This document shows, piece after piece, positions 16,383-31,473 of a stretch of DNA of 64,000 nucleotides. The stretch is taken from assembly GCF_009914755.1 (NCBI RefSeq), contig NC_060930.1; one strand, 5' to 3'. Under the pieces are notes generated by a model. That model did no database searches and was not told the origin of the DNA. It saw only the letters and a program-made list of their open reading frames with translations. Made by a program: the position numbers and the translations under genes. The stretch comes from the human T2T-CHM13v2.0 reference genome, Homo sapiens. Numbering within the stretch: position 1 is the first letter of the stretch; each line of letters begins with the position of its first letter.

Positions 16383-16599
16383 TTTTTTATTGTGTTATTT
16401 TTTGACACAGGGTCTCACTCTGTTACCTAGGCTGTAGTGCAGTGGTGCGATCTCAGCTCACTGCAACCTCTGCTTCCTGGGCTCAAATAATCTTCCAACC
16501 TCAGCCTCCCAAGAAGCTGGGACTACAGGCATGGACCACCAAGCCCAGCTAATTTTTGTATTTTTTTGTTAAAATGGTTTTCGCCACGTTGGCCAGGCT
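16383..16599 (-). mobile_element. 5'-truncated AluJ
   Basis: Antisense right arm plus part of left arm, ending at ttggccaggct. Confidence 0.88.
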
Positions 16600-16713
16600 A
16601 GGAGCCTCTGTAGATTTAGACAGCTTGTTACTTACATAAATGCAGAAGGAAGAGTAGCCAAAGTTGCAAGCTCCCACCCATCACAAAAGGAGGGTCCTGA
16701 AACAAAGGGCGGG

Positions 16714-17164
16714 TATGTTAGTTTAGTAGGGCGGTCATAAACAGGTACCACAGCCAGCGTGGCTTCAACAGCAGAAACTTATTGTCTCTCAGTTCTGGAG
16801 GCTGGAAGTCTTAAGACCAAGGTGTTGGCAGGGTTGATTCCTTCTGAGGATCTGTTTTGTGCCTCCTTCACCTCCAGTGGTTTGCTGGCACACTTTGGCA
16901 TTCCTGGGCTTGCAGGAGCGTTATCCCAGCCTCTGGCTTCATCTGCAGGTGGTGTGCTCCCTGTGTGCATGCCTGTGTTCAGACCTCCCCAGTTTGATTA
17001 GGATACCAGTCATATTGCATTAGGGTCCACTCCAATGATTTCATTTTAAATGTATTACCTCCGTAAAGATCCTGTCTTTAAGTAAGCTCGTATTCTGAGG
17101 TACTGGGGTTTAGGACTCCCACATTATCTTTTTTTGGGAGGGGAACACAAGTCAATCCATAACA
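16714..17164 (-). mobile_element. MaLR solo LTR (MLT1C-like)
   Basis: cagttctggaggctggaagtc…aaggtgttggcagggttgattccttctgagg…attctgaggtactggggtttaggact…ccataaca. Confidence 0.85.
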
Positions 17165-18989
17165 GAGCCGGTGATTACAATGCCAGCTGTGACATAGCCC
17201 ATTGCAGAGAAGCCAGTTAAAGGCTGCAGCTCAGAGGTTTTATATTCTATGGTACCATTCCAAGGAGGGAAGCCAGAGAGCCTCACACCCCTTCAGAACC
17301 TGGGAGGTGAGGAGAAACTGCCTCATGACAGCCTCCCAGGGAAGTAGGGAGGTGGATAGGAGATGGCTCCTAGCAGCTCCTTAAAGGCCTGGAACACCAG
17401 AGGATCACAAGACTTTATCCTTTCAAGACACAGATGAGCTGCGGTTCAAGTCTTTGCTTGGTGGCTTATGCGGATATGTGCGAGGTTGCCAGGGGGCCCT
17501 GACAGAGCCGTTCCTCTGTCATCGCTCGTAGGATGGGGCAGATTCTGAGCCAGGTCTGCCACACTCCCATCTACACTCCTTGAGGCTTGCTGTTTCCCTG
17601 GACACCAATTCTTATGTCGACTGGTTGCTGACATTTTGTTGATGTCTTGGAGTCACAGGTCAGTTTCCCCCCCAGAAAGCAAACTCTGAGGCAGAGATGA
17701 ACATGCCAGAAAGCTCATTAGCAGGTGCTCGCAGGTTCAACACCTGTGGAAAGGCAGGGGTGGCAGCAGGAATGGGCAGGGGAGGAGGTGGGCTGCCGTG
17801 CACTCACTACCAGGCCCTCGGCGGACCCCAGGCGTCTCTGAAACCACAGAACTGTGAGCTGCAGGCAGGGGTTTCTCTTCTAGCCCATAAAAGGCAGACT
17901 TTTTAAATTTAAATAAACATGCTGCATTGAAAGTAGTTACCACAAGACAAACAATGATTGCCTTTATGTATGATTTTATCATAAAGTATATATTCTTAAC
18001 AATATCGAGGTATACACAGTATATGTACATACATGTATATATCATGTTAGTAAAGTATGATTTTTTGTATTTTTTAACTCCCTTAAGTCGGTCGTCTCAG
18101 CTGTCTGTATTTGAACTGCATGACACACTTTTGAGTCTGGGTCATAGACCAGATCCTTATTCCGGTCATTGAATGACTTTATTGGGTTTGTAAATCCTAA
18201 AAGTTCTACATGAAAATCTGTATTTAAGAAGATATATACATTTCTGGAACAAGAATTTGAATCTGTTTTCATATCCTCGGGGAGACCTTTGTCCTCCTCC
18301 CTGACAAAGTTAAGAACCATTGTGTGAGGAAACAGAGTCATGTCGTGGCTGCTTTGTAGGCTGCACTTTGCCTGCTCCAAACACACAGCAGTGACAGATC
18401 AAAATCTAAAAAGCGAAAATGAAAAAGTCATAATCGTGCCCCCTACTCCCCTAAAAAAGATACATCACTACAGACCAGAGACAAACGCAAAGCAGAGTGT
18501 GAAACCAGACACTGTGGGCTGCAGGATCGCTAGCCGGGAGGTGGAAACAGAGGCTTAGCTCTGGTGGCAGTAAGACTAAATGTGCCAGGCCAGAGCATTA
18601 CTCTGCTTGAAAGCGGGCAGGGTAGTGGTCCTGTCCTCTGATCTAGAAGGGAGGCCCGAATCACTGCCTGCCCTAACCTCTAGCCTATAGAAAGCTTTGA
18701 TCCTGGGAAGAGCACAGGACAGAGACAAGGCCTCCTTCTCAGGAACTGAGCTAAGCACCCCATGTCATCATCAGCCGTATCACCATTGGGCAAGAACCCA
18801 GACCACCAAGTCAACTCCATTCTGTGTGAGGGGTTCGAGCAGAGGAACCATAAAAACCTCTGAGCAGGGAGGGTGATCAGCAAGAGAACATTCACAATTA
18901 TCTCCCATGCAGGCCAAGCCTGCCCACCCAAATTCCATGCCACGTGAGGAACTCTGACCTTGGGGTGTCAGCCATCCAAATCAGCAATC

Positions 18990-19840
18990 AGAATGTGAAT
19001 TCACTGGAGACTAAAGTAAAATAAAAAAGCTATCTTGGAAAAAAAAAATGCCTGATGCCCTCAAAGAGACCATTGGAGAAATAATAACCATTAAACAAAA
19101 AAGGAAAATTCTGAATAAGAGGCAAAAACTGGCAGAAATGAAGGGTAAGTAGATAAGGAAAAAAATTAGAATCTCAGAAATGAGTGATAGATTCATTAAA
19201 ATAAAGAAGGAAAAGCAGATGAGACTACTAGACTCAGTTGACAGGAGAATTAGTAGTTAAGACGCTGTTACTGAAGAATTCACCCAGAATGCAGCACAGA
19301 CACACACAGAATAAAACCTAAACTAGGTCAGTTAAGAGGAGAGGAAGATAGATTCAGAAGCTCCGCAGTATGGATTATTGCAGTTCCAGGAGAGAATGAA
19401 AGGAATGGCAGAGAAGTAGGGCTGGAATTTTTCAGAATTGGAACAAGACGTGAACCCTCTGATTGAGAGCGCTGTCAGAGTACTGAGCAGAATAAATAAA
19501 GATAAATGCAGACCCAGCCTCATCAGAGTCAAATTGCAGAGCCTTGGGGATAAAGCTACACCGCTTCCAAACTGCCTGGAAGGAAAGATAGATTACCTGT
19601 GAAGAAGTAGCACTGACTGACAGCAGACTCGTCACCATTGCTAATAGGCGGCAGGGAAGTTGTCAGAGTGCTTGGGGAAGACAAACATGAAGCTAGAATT
19701 TTGTGTCCTACCAAATTATTAAAGTGTGAGGGGTTTCAGACATGTAAATACCGAGAGAGTTTGCCTCCTGTGGACTTTCACTGCCAAAAAAAACTGTTGA
19801 ATGATACTTATCTGAGAGAGCAGAAGTGAAAAAGAAGGAA
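18990..19840 (+). mobile_element. Ancient L1M 5'/ORF1 region
   Basis: A-rich; gaattcacccagaatgcagcacaga; ttccaggagagaat; ctagaattttgtgtcctaccaaattat; likely resumes after 20341 up to ~20830. Confidence 0.6.
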
Positions 19841-19843
19841 AGG

Positions 19844-20341
19844 TGTTGGGACTAGGAAAGGCCTAAGATTTTACCTCACTTGCAGGTTAACAAGGTACCG
19901 CTGCACTTTCATAGATGCAGGCAGAAAGGCAAGAGACTCCTGCCTCAAAGACCAAGGACTTTGTTACTCAGCACAGAGGTGGCGTGAGTTCTCTTAGCAT
20001 TGGCTCTTCTAGTCCCCCAGTTCAATAGCGGGGAGGTGGAGCAGCTCTGGATGCTGTACACACACTGGGCTGGAGCACAGCTGAAAACCCTCAAGCTTGG
20101 GCACCTTCCAGTATTTCATTTGTCCATTTGCGTGTGTTTGTTTTTAGCCCAGTCTTTTAAAGGGGCTATTAGTAAACCTGCCCAGTCTTTGTCCCTGAGG
20201 AAGACATTATGTTTATCATTCTGGTGAGGGAACAAACCAGCTTTCTGCTCCAGAGGGAGAGACTAACCATCTTCCAGTGCTATTTGGTGTACAAGCCACC
20301 ACAAGTTTTATGAAAACTCCATAGAGCACTGTCCCCCAACA
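19844..20341 (-). mobile_element. ERVL-class solo LTR (MER73/MER74/LTR53-like) nested in L1
   Basis: Termini TGTTGGG…CCCAACA; agactcctgcctcaaagaccaaggactttgttactca. Confidence 0.6.
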
Positions 20342-20571
20342 AAGAGGTGGAAAACAAGAAAAAATACGGAATTTAAAAATATTTTTAACTTAAAATTAGC
20401 TGTTGAGTTAATTTATTGTTTTACCTGTGATTTTGTTTAGAAGATGAAACTCTAGACAAGAATAACCAGGAAGGAGGGCTGCTAGGGAAAATGAAGCTTC
20501 CTGTCTTTTTTAGTAGCTGAATAGAGACACTAAATAACTTTGTGCTTGGAACAATTTATTAAAGAATAATA

Positions 20572-20572
<1 letters not shown>

Positions 20573-20620
<48 letters not shown>
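20573..20620. repeat. (TG)n microsatellite, ~22 units
   Basis: Read directly from the sequence. Confidence 0.97.
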
Positions 20621-20622
<2 letters not shown>

Positions 20623-21807
20623 TTCTTAAAGAAGAGAAATACAATTTACTCCTTACACCAGGGGGAAAATATTAGAATATTTTGAAAATCAAGCAATCCA
20701 ATAGGCACAGAAAAGGAGAAAATTTATGAAAAGAGGAAGACTGGTTAGCAGAAAACACAAATGAAGATGGTATAAATAAAATATATTGATAATCACAGTG
20801 AATATAAATAGATTAAAGTGACCTGTTAAAAATCTGAAGCCATTCAGTCATCATGACCTTGTTCCACCATCTCAAGCAGGAAGGAAGGGTGGAAAAGCTG
20901 TCCCCACTGAGGTCTGATGTTTTAGTCTCCACAGAATTGCCACAACATCTCATTGGTGAAACTGAGGTCATGCCCCCTCCTCGCCTGGCCAATGGTGTAA
21001 ATAACCATGACGCGTTTATACTAGTCTTGATTAACAAGTCATGACTTTCATTCCCTGGGACTGAGGAGGGACCTTTCCCAGAGATCAAGTGGGAGATTTT
21101 ATTATCTTTTTATTAGAAAGTGATAGATCAAGAAAATCAGCAGATAAAAGAAAGGATATAGAAGATTAGAATAATACAATAAAGAATTGTGACCACACCA
21201 GAATGAGAGGTCATATACCTTTCAAACACCCCAAGAACATTGATTATATTGCTACTTTTTACTTGGGCATGTATTTTTTTTTTTTTTTTAGTTTCCAAAT
21301 ATATGAATTTTATGACTTTTAACAAATATCTTTTTATCGTGAACTTCAAATTTAATTGCATTGATGTCGGAAAACGTAGTATTACTCATTCTTGGAACTT
21401 TGTTGTAACTTGCTTTTTAACCTCAAATATAAGGATATCGTTTCAAGACCATTGGAAATAGCTGCAGTGTGATAAATGTAAGGGTAAGAAGAGAGTGTTA
21501 CAGGAGTGTTTACCATCAGTTTGCGCATGTCCAAGTCATATGCCTGGTAGGAAAACTTTAAATTTGGGATCACACATTTTTGCCTATGCCATTTCTATTC
21601 ATTAGGTTCATAGCTGTTTCTTGTTTACTGCCTTGGTTAGACCTGTGATGAGACAGAGCACTGCTGATGGTGGGTACCTAGTCATCAGTTTAAGTTTTCT
21701 GTTTTGAGTGAAATATCCATTTAATCAAAGTTTCCAAGTTCATTCTTACTAAATGGTTCAAAATATTCACCTATGACTTCTAAAGTCTCTACTGTATCTG
21801 TAGTTTT

Positions 21808-23565
<1,758 letters not shown>

Positions 23566-23653
23566 GTATCTGTAGTTTTGATGCCCTTTTCAATTCTTTT
23601 TAAAAAAAAAAAAAAAGAATTATAAAGAGGATCAACAAAAGAACACATCAATG

Positions 23654-23943
23654 CAGTCAGCTCTCTGTATATAGGGGTTTCACATCTGTGGATTCAGCCA
23701 ATTGTAGTCAAAAATATTTGGGGGAAAAACAATTTAAAAATACAACAATAAAACATAATAAAAATTTTAAAATACAATATAACAGCTACTTACATAACAT
23801 TTACATTGTATTAGGTATTATGAGTAATCTAGATGTGCATAGGTTATATGCAAATACTACACCATTTTATATAAGGGACCTGAGGATTTTGGTAGCTGTG
23901 GGGGCCCTGGAATCAATCCCCCTCAGATACTGAGGGACGACTA
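23654..23943 (-). mobile_element. Tigger MITE (MER2-like)
   Basis: TIR-like ends cagtcagctctctgtat / gatactgagggacgacta; tttacattgtattaggtattatgagtaatctaga. Confidence 0.85.
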
Positions 23944-26416
23944 TATGCAGTTATCTGATAAAACTAGTAAAATAGTCATCCTTCTGTTAAGAAAAGAAAT
24001 AAGAAAACATGAATAATATTGTACGTAATCGAAGGTCCCTTTGGATTCTAAAATTCCACAATTCTATGGTTGTGGGTTATCAAGTGCCCACCAGGTGGCT
24101 TTGCCTGTCCAGCTTCAGCCTCTCTGCCATTCCACGTGGTTGCTAAACCCTAGGACAATCCAGGGATGGAGGCAACGCTCTGTGTCCCACCGACGTGGTA
24201 TGTCCACTAGCTCACGCAGTTAGAAGAGAAAACACAGCTGAATGCACTGACTGTACTGTAGTCATTGCTCACAGCAGGTGGCTCTGTAATGTGCTCCTCT
24301 AGGCTCTAGAATACCTGCAATGTAACAGGGACTGTGCACAGTAAGGAGATTCCAGAGGTGGAGACAGAGATGCACACCCCACCCTCAAAAATGGCAGTCT
24401 CTCAGGAAGACAGCCATGAAGTAAGTAAGTACACAAACAGTGAGGATGAAAAGTACTGTGCAAGAGAAGGATAGGGTGCAGTAATGGGATTGATGGAGTC
24501 TGTGAGGATACCAAGTGAACAGGGTGGCTGAGGGCCAGAAGTGAGGTAGGGAGGGTGGGAAATTTTATATGGAGAAAGCCACTTAGTGTGTTTAAGAAAC
24601 CCAGTAGGCTGGGCTGGCCTGAACCTACAGAACGTCGGAAAGAGGTAGAAGCTTTTAGGAATTGGAGGCTTTCTCCTGGGGCAGTGGGGAGCCACAGGAT
24701 GGTTTTTACCACCACCGCTGGTTAAGCACCTAAAAGAAAGCCCACATCTCAGTAACCATGATCTGTAGTTAGCCTCTTATTTCCCAACAAAATCGTATGT
24801 CTCCCATTCAAAAAAACAAAGGCCACTAGTAGATATCCCATGTCCGATACCTACCTATTAGTGGATTAAATGCTTTCTTTTCCGTTAAACCATTAAACTT
24901 TTTATATTTTTTAGCTTGAAATAGGCTTGCAATATAATAAGCTGTCTGGGTTTTTCTTTTAAACTGCATGGATTTTAAACTGTATTTACCACAATGTATA
25001 TTTTAATAATGTCTTGGGGCATGTGTTCTGGCTGCCTGCGTTATTATCATATTGACTGTTGTCCATGAATTGTTGACACGTGTTTCATTGGGACACCTTC
25101 TGCCATTTCTCTGTCACCGTGCCTGGCATCAGAACTCAGGAAGTGTGGTACCTCAGCTTGGATTAATTGAAGAGGAGATTCCATGCTAATTCTTGGCAAT
25201 CTCAGTCTCTTATCTCCCTAAATTTCCATTTTCCATAAGGAACAAAAGGGAAAACAACCTGTGTAACCACCAAACTCCTGTCATCTATTGTTACATTAAC
25301 TCATGGGTCATTTGTCACAGCAGTGTGACTTCAGGAGAGAAAACAAAACGCTTCTCAGGAACCAATATATTTTGTCAACAGCACCCGGATGCTAACTATC
25401 GTGTTTGTATGAAATGTGTGTTCTAAACTGATGCATTTGTTTGACAACTTTATTGATATTTCAAGTTGGATAATCATTTATGTTTGAGCATTTAGTTCTT
25501 CAGATACTTTGCCATTTAAAAGCTTTATACTTTCTCTGATCAATGATTCACCAAAGGGTTTGTAGCAATGTCAGGCTTGGCATAAATTAGTTTGTAAATT
25601 TGCCCTTCTAAAAGATGTTTGGATTTAGCAGATATTTCCTTAGGATTTCATAGTTATGTAACAAAACTTTTTTTATTGCAGCAGTAACTTACAGACCAAA
25701 ACATACACACATATATCTATGTATAATTTTGATGTATATATGTGAGAGTTATATGTTTAGTTGTGATATATATATATTTGTGTGTGTGTGTGAAAGCAAT
25801 AAACAAATACAGTAACTTCTAAACATATCTAATTTTAAATGTCTGTCCTATATAATGGTGAACTACTGAGCTAGTAAGCTGGAAAAAATGGAATAAAGTG
25901 GGGGAAATGGCTACATTTATGTTTATCACATCCTTAAAGGCATAATTTGAAAAATAATTCCCCAAGGAACTACTTATCAACCCAATCCTTTATTTTAGTA
26001 ATTAGAAATACTAACAAATAATGACATTACTAATTGAAATATTAATTTTGATAAGCTCTTATTCCTCTACTAAAATGGCTTTCTGAAAGTATCACAAGAA
26101 GTTAATGAATTGCATGTTAATTAAATTTGAACTTTTCTCCTCTAGTATTCAAATGGGAAAAACAGAAATATAATACATTCAAATTTCTTTGTACTAAGTT
26201 GAACGTTAATGGCAATATAAATATAATATATGGTAATGTTACACATGAATGTGATAAGAATCTGTAATATTCATAATGGAATTTGCTAATTTTGAATATT
26301 GATTTGTCTTTTAAGTTCATTTTGTTCTGCAAATTTAGATGCTGAAATGATGTTTTACTAGCATTTCCTAATTAGTCAAGTGCAACTTTTTATGAAAAAT
26401 TTAAATATTCTCATTC

Positions 26417-26458
26417 AACTAACAAGTTCATGTATCTTTTCTCCTCTTGTTTTGTTAG
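26417..26458 (+). promoter_or_regulatory. Branch point (CTAAC, A at 26422), polypyrimidine tract and 3' splice site of the FARS2 exon
   Basis: caaCTAACaag about 37 nt upstream of the exon, followed by tcttttctcctcttgttttgttAG. Confidence 0.7.
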
Positions 26459-26611
<153 letters not shown>

Positions 26612-26969
26612 TAAGTGAAAAGCTTTCTGATTTTACCCTTGACTATCTCTGTGTGATAAATGTCATGTGGAAGCATATCATAAAATTTGCTGAAACCCAG
26701 GGTATCTGAGACAAAATGTCTTCTGAATTTGTAGTGAATGTATAGCTTATCAGAAAACTCTTTGATATCAGTCGTCTCTGAAAATCTTTCCAAGATGCAT
26801 TTTCCATCTTTCCTGCCTTAGTAAAGAAAATATATGAAACAGAATCTTTTAAAAGTCCTGCAGCTTTTCAGTATTGTTTTTGGAAGTGACTTCTTACCTT
26901 AGCATGTTCCAGGTGCAGAGGAAATGGGCAGAAAGAGCAGTTTGTGGAGTAGAAGCTGTTTTGATAGTC

Positions 26970-27510
26970 TCTCAGCAAATATTTGTTAAGCACTTACCAC
27001 ACGCCAAGATCTATATTACGTCCTAGGAATTAAATGTGTTCCAAACAGACTTAGCTCTGCCTTCTTGGAACTTATAGTCTTGTGAGAGAGGCAGACGTTA
27101 AATACATAATTATGAAAGCATGCTATTATGAGGGAAAAATGCATTGGGTGTCATCAAAAAACTAATTTCATGTGGGGAGTCAGGGCAGGCCACTTTGAGA
27201 CATGGAAGCTGAGAACAGAAGGATGATGGGCAGTGAAGAAAGAAGAAGGAGCATCGCAGATAGCACATGGGAGTCCTGGGGGGAAAAGGGCACATGAGAT
27301 GCAGAAGGCAGCCAAGAACACGGCAGCTCAAGGACCAAGGGGGAGGCTGTGTAAAGTGATGATTGTTGGGTAGTGATGTGTTTCCAGGGCCAGGTGGGCC
27401 TGGAACCTGCAAGGTCTCAGACTTGGAATTTTACCCTAATTGTAGTGGGAAGCTATAGAAGGATAGGAGCAGAGAGATAAGTGACGTGATTTGATTTGCA
27501 TTTCTGACTG
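26970..27510 (-). mobile_element. L2 fragment
   Basis: cagcaaatatttgttaagcacttac…ctgccttcttggaacttatagtct…gtagtgggaagcta…gatttgcatt. Confidence 0.7.
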
Positions 27511-27701
27511 GTCACCTTTAAATGGTCCCCTTTGGCTCCTAGCTGTTAGAGAAGAAACAGTCACCAAATCCTGTCTAATTCACACCTCCATTTTCCCTTC
27601 CCCGCCTGATTGTTCCAGGTGTGTCATATCTAAATTGTCAGGGCTCCTGGCTCCCACGTTATATCCTGTCATTCAGACTCCCACCTGTTTCCTTCTTTGT
27701 C

Positions 27702-27989
27702 TTTTTTTTTTTTTTTTGAGACGGAGTCTCGCTCTGTCGCCCAGGCTGGAGTGCAGTGATGCGATCTCGGCTCACTGCAAGCTCCGCCTCCCAGGTTCAC
27801 GCCGTTCTCCTGCCTCAGCCTCCTGAGTAGCTGGGACTACAGGCGCCTGCTACGGCCCCCGGCTAATTTTTTTGTATTTTTTAGTAGAGACAGGGTTTCA
27901 CCGTGGTCTCCATCTCCTGACCTCATGATCCGCCCGCCTGGGCCTCCCAAAGTGCTGTGATTACAGGCGTGAGCCATCGCGCTGGGCTG
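27702..27989 (-). mobile_element. AluY, Yd-type (12-bp left-arm deletion)
   Basis: AluY diagnostics; tttcaccgtggtctc in place of tttcaccgtgttagccaggatggtctc; perfect 15-bp TSD ccttctttgtctttt (27691-27705, 27990-28004) at a TTTT/AA site. Confidence 0.93.
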
Positions 27990-28009
27990 CCTTCTTTGTC
28001 TTTTAAAGC

Positions 28010-28900
28010 ATTCATTCTCTAGATAAAGATGTTCAGTGTTCACTGCCAATTGTTTTGCCTCCCTTTCCCCAATTATCTAAATGACTGAAGTTCATCATCT
28101 AGAATTTTGCTCAACAACTTGTGGAAACAATAGTCCCTGAGCTCTCGCATGTTCAAAACTGTTTATCTGTTTATACTTGAATAACAGTTTGGTTGGAAGT
28201 AAAATCTTGGCTTGGTCTTTCTTTTTGGGAGGATCTTGTAAGTGCTGCTCGATTGTCCTCTCAAGTTTAATTTCATATAAAGAAATCTGATGCCATACTT
28301 GATCTTTTTGCTTTTTGTTTTAAAGGATTCCTTCTTTATCTTTCAAGTTTATTATCTTTATCAGGCTCCACCTCAGTATTGATCTTTTCTCCCTAGTATA
28401 TATCATTGTGTTTCACAAATTGGATTGGACTCTTATTTATTTTAGGAAAATTTTCTTGAATTATATCTTTAGGGATTTGTTCTGATCCATTGTTCTGTTC
28501 TGTTTCATTCTTCAGGGATCCAGTTATGCATAAGTAGGCTCTCCTTTGTCTGACTTCTGTACCTATTATTTTCTCTCTAATGTTTTAAAATTCTCATTTC
28601 CGCTTCATTTGGTATGCTCTCCTCATTGTTATCTTCTCTGTCCCTTACTGTGTTTTCTTCTGTCTTTTCTCCCTTGTGTACCTTCCATCTGTAGTTACTT
28701 TGCTTTTCTCCCCGTTCTGGGTTCTGCAAGCTCACATTTTAGCTCCCCCTGCTTTCTTGCCATCTCTTCTCTGAGTTATTTCTGCTTTCTGGTCTTCCTT
28801 CATAGAGAAATTGCTTCACTACATTTTAAAAATTGATTGTAAAATATTTAGCCAGAAATTTCGTATGCTCCAATGGCAACATTTTTCTGTGACTTTTCTG
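28010..28900 (-). mobile_element. Ancient L1M ORF1-region relic
   Basis: T-rich; atacttgaataacagtttggttggaagtaaaatcttgg; ggaaaattttcttgaattatatcttt. Confidence 0.55.
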
Positions 28901-29730
28901 TTTCTCTGCCATTGTCCTCTTTTTTCCCTCAATTCTTTTTTAATTGATCTGTCAGTGGTGTGCATATGATCGCTTTTTTGCCGCTCATATTTGAATGCAT
29001 TGGGTTTCCTGGACCAGCTATTTGCACAAGACTAGGGGGAGGTTGAGGGTTGGCATAGCAGGCAGGGGCTGGGATAGACATTCAACCTAGCTTGTTTTCA
29101 TGCTCTTAAGGCTTTATTTTTCTAGAATGCCAAGAAACCAACTTTCTTTAAACATGACTCATCTCTTCGATTTTCTTGTATAGGTCTTCCTCCCACCCCA
29201 AATCTACACTTGTTAGAAACAGAATAATTACCTTTGCTTACTCCATTATCAACACTTGGAGATAGAGACTTTACACTTCAGATTGTAACCCATAGCTCTT
29301 AAAAAAAAAAAAAAAAAAAAAAAAACAACGAAACAAACAAACAAAAAAACCATGTTTTTGCTGGAGTTTTCTGAGATGTGCCACTCTGTGTGTTTCTTCT
29401 CTTCACTTCCTCTCATTTGGCTTCTACTTGATTTCAGCTGCTGTTGGCAGCCTTTAAATATATTTTGGAGCTTGCAGATGATATCTGTCTCCTAACTTTA
29501 CAGAAAATAGAATGTATGGGGTAGTCTGGATCCCTGATGCTGTGGAGTGCCAATTCAGCCCTGGACTTTTATGTGAGAAAGAAATTTCCAGGAGTTTCCA
29601 TGTTGATACTAGAAGTCTAGTTATTTACATTTGAAGAGAAGGAAAAATATTGGAACAAGACTGATTGCTGAGTACTAATTGATATGCCAAAGGCATGTGA
29701 CTTGTAATTTTTTCCCATTCTTTTTTAGTA

Positions 29731-30027
29731 CAAGTTGAGTATCCCTTATCCAAAAAATGCTTGGGGCCAGAAGTGTTTCAGAGTTTGGATCTTCTCAGAT
29801 GTTGGAATATTTGCATATATGTAATGAGATATCTTGGGGATGGGACCCAAGTCTAAACACAAAATTTCTTTCATATATACCTTATACGTGTATCCTGAAG
29901 GTAATTTTATACAATATTTTTAAAAATTTGTGCATAAAATAAAGTTTATGTATATTGAATAATCAGAAAGCTTCAGATTTTGGAGCAGTTTGGATTTTGG
30001 ATCTTTAGATTAGAGATGCTCAACCTA
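29731..30027. mobile_element. Tigger4/MER46-type MITE
   Basis: TA-caagttgagtatcccttatcc…ggggatgggacccaagtctaaacac…gatgctcaacct. Confidence 0.85.
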
Positions 30028-30725
30028 CAGAAAACTCTGGAATCAGGGATTTGGAATTCATTCTTAATTTTTGAGGTCACAGTCCCTTACTTTCTGATAT
30101 GGCCGTAGCTTCACCCTTGCCAGCGTCAAAAGTGGGATGAGTAACCCTTTCGCACTGGAGATTTTCAGAACCTACTAGGTTACAGAGAGATGCTAAAAAC
30201 CTAGGAAGCTGAGAGAAATTTCTGTTGTGCTGGATGTGGGGGGTAGATGTCACTTGAGGAGGGGGTAAACATTGAATCTTTTTGATAATTTGGTAGTGTT
30301 CAAGGGGAATGCTGAATGGGCATGCTAACTGGAAAGACTGCAGTGGGAGTAGGGTAGTGTTGGGGTCCTGTGGACCCAGGGACAGATCAGGCAGGCAGAC
30401 ACCCCATTAAAAAAAATCACTGAAAAAAATAAATATTTTTCTAAAAAAAATAGAGTATTAGAAATACTCTTAATGCAGGTATACACACACAACCCCATAC
30501 TGACCTGCTAAAAGGTGAACTTATTCAGTTCCTTCTGAAGGAGACAGTACTTTTGATTAGAAATTTGAAAACATTCTTCATTGGCACTGATCTTACAATG
30601 TCTTGAATACATATTGTACAGATATTTATAGACTATTTTTTTGGAGCTATGCCAAAGGGCATGGCTGCCAAGGGCATGTGTCCCTTATTAAGAAATAAGG
30701 GGCTTGGTGATTGGAGTAAGGTTCC

Positions 30726-31185
30726 TGTGGCAGAGATTGCTAATTATCTCTCAATATCCAATTCCCCCTGCCCCCGTCCTTCTGCCTCATGCCATTGTTG
30801 TAATAACAAAAACCTGGTTTTTTAGCTCAGCAATTTTCCACTCAGCTAGAAGTCTATACTTCTAAATTGGCCAATGATTTGTAAGTAGATGTGTTTAGTG
30901 GTATTTCCAGAAGTTTCTTTAAAAGTTGAATTGAGGGTATTCTTTTTTCTTCCTGCTACTTCATTGTGACTGTGATGGCTAGTATTCTTGCAGCCATTTT
31001 GGGCCATGGTGCGGACTTGGCAATGGAGACTGTATGGAGTGGAGCAACAACATAGAAGAAATAGCCTGGGGCTTGAATCTGTGTCACTTCAGCCCTGGAC
31101 TTGTAGCTGAGAGAGAAATACCTTGTTTAGGCCACTTATTTTTTAGATCTCATTATTGACAGCCAAAGCAAAACCTAGCTATTAC
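30726..31185 (+). mobile_element. Old MaLR LTR (MLT1J-like)
   Basis: tgtggcagagattgct…tgtgatggct…gcagccattttg…gagagaaataccttgtttaggccact…acagccaa. Confidence 0.6.
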
Positions 31186-31266
31186 AGTACTGGGAAATAT
31201 ACCTGAGGAAAAGGACACATTATTTAGTAATGATGGCTTACTGTGCAGTGATCCTCAATAAGTATC

Positions 31267-31473
31267 TAGGGCAAGGGCTGACCAGATTGTGAATATTTTT
31301 GACGTTGTGGGTCATAAGATTTCTCTCGTAACTACTCAAGTCTGCAAGTGCAAAAGCAGTCACAGATAAAATATAAACAAAGGAGCCTGGTTGTGTTCCA
31401 ATGAAGCTTTGACTACAATATCAGACAGTGGAATGTGAATTTGGCCCATGGGCTGTAGGTTGCTAACCCTTGA
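31267..31473. mobile_element. hAT-Charlie MITE (MER58A-like)
   Basis: aactactcaa…aaaagcagtcacaga…tgtgttccaatgaagcttt…tttggcccatgggctgtaggttgctaacccttg. Confidence 0.8.
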
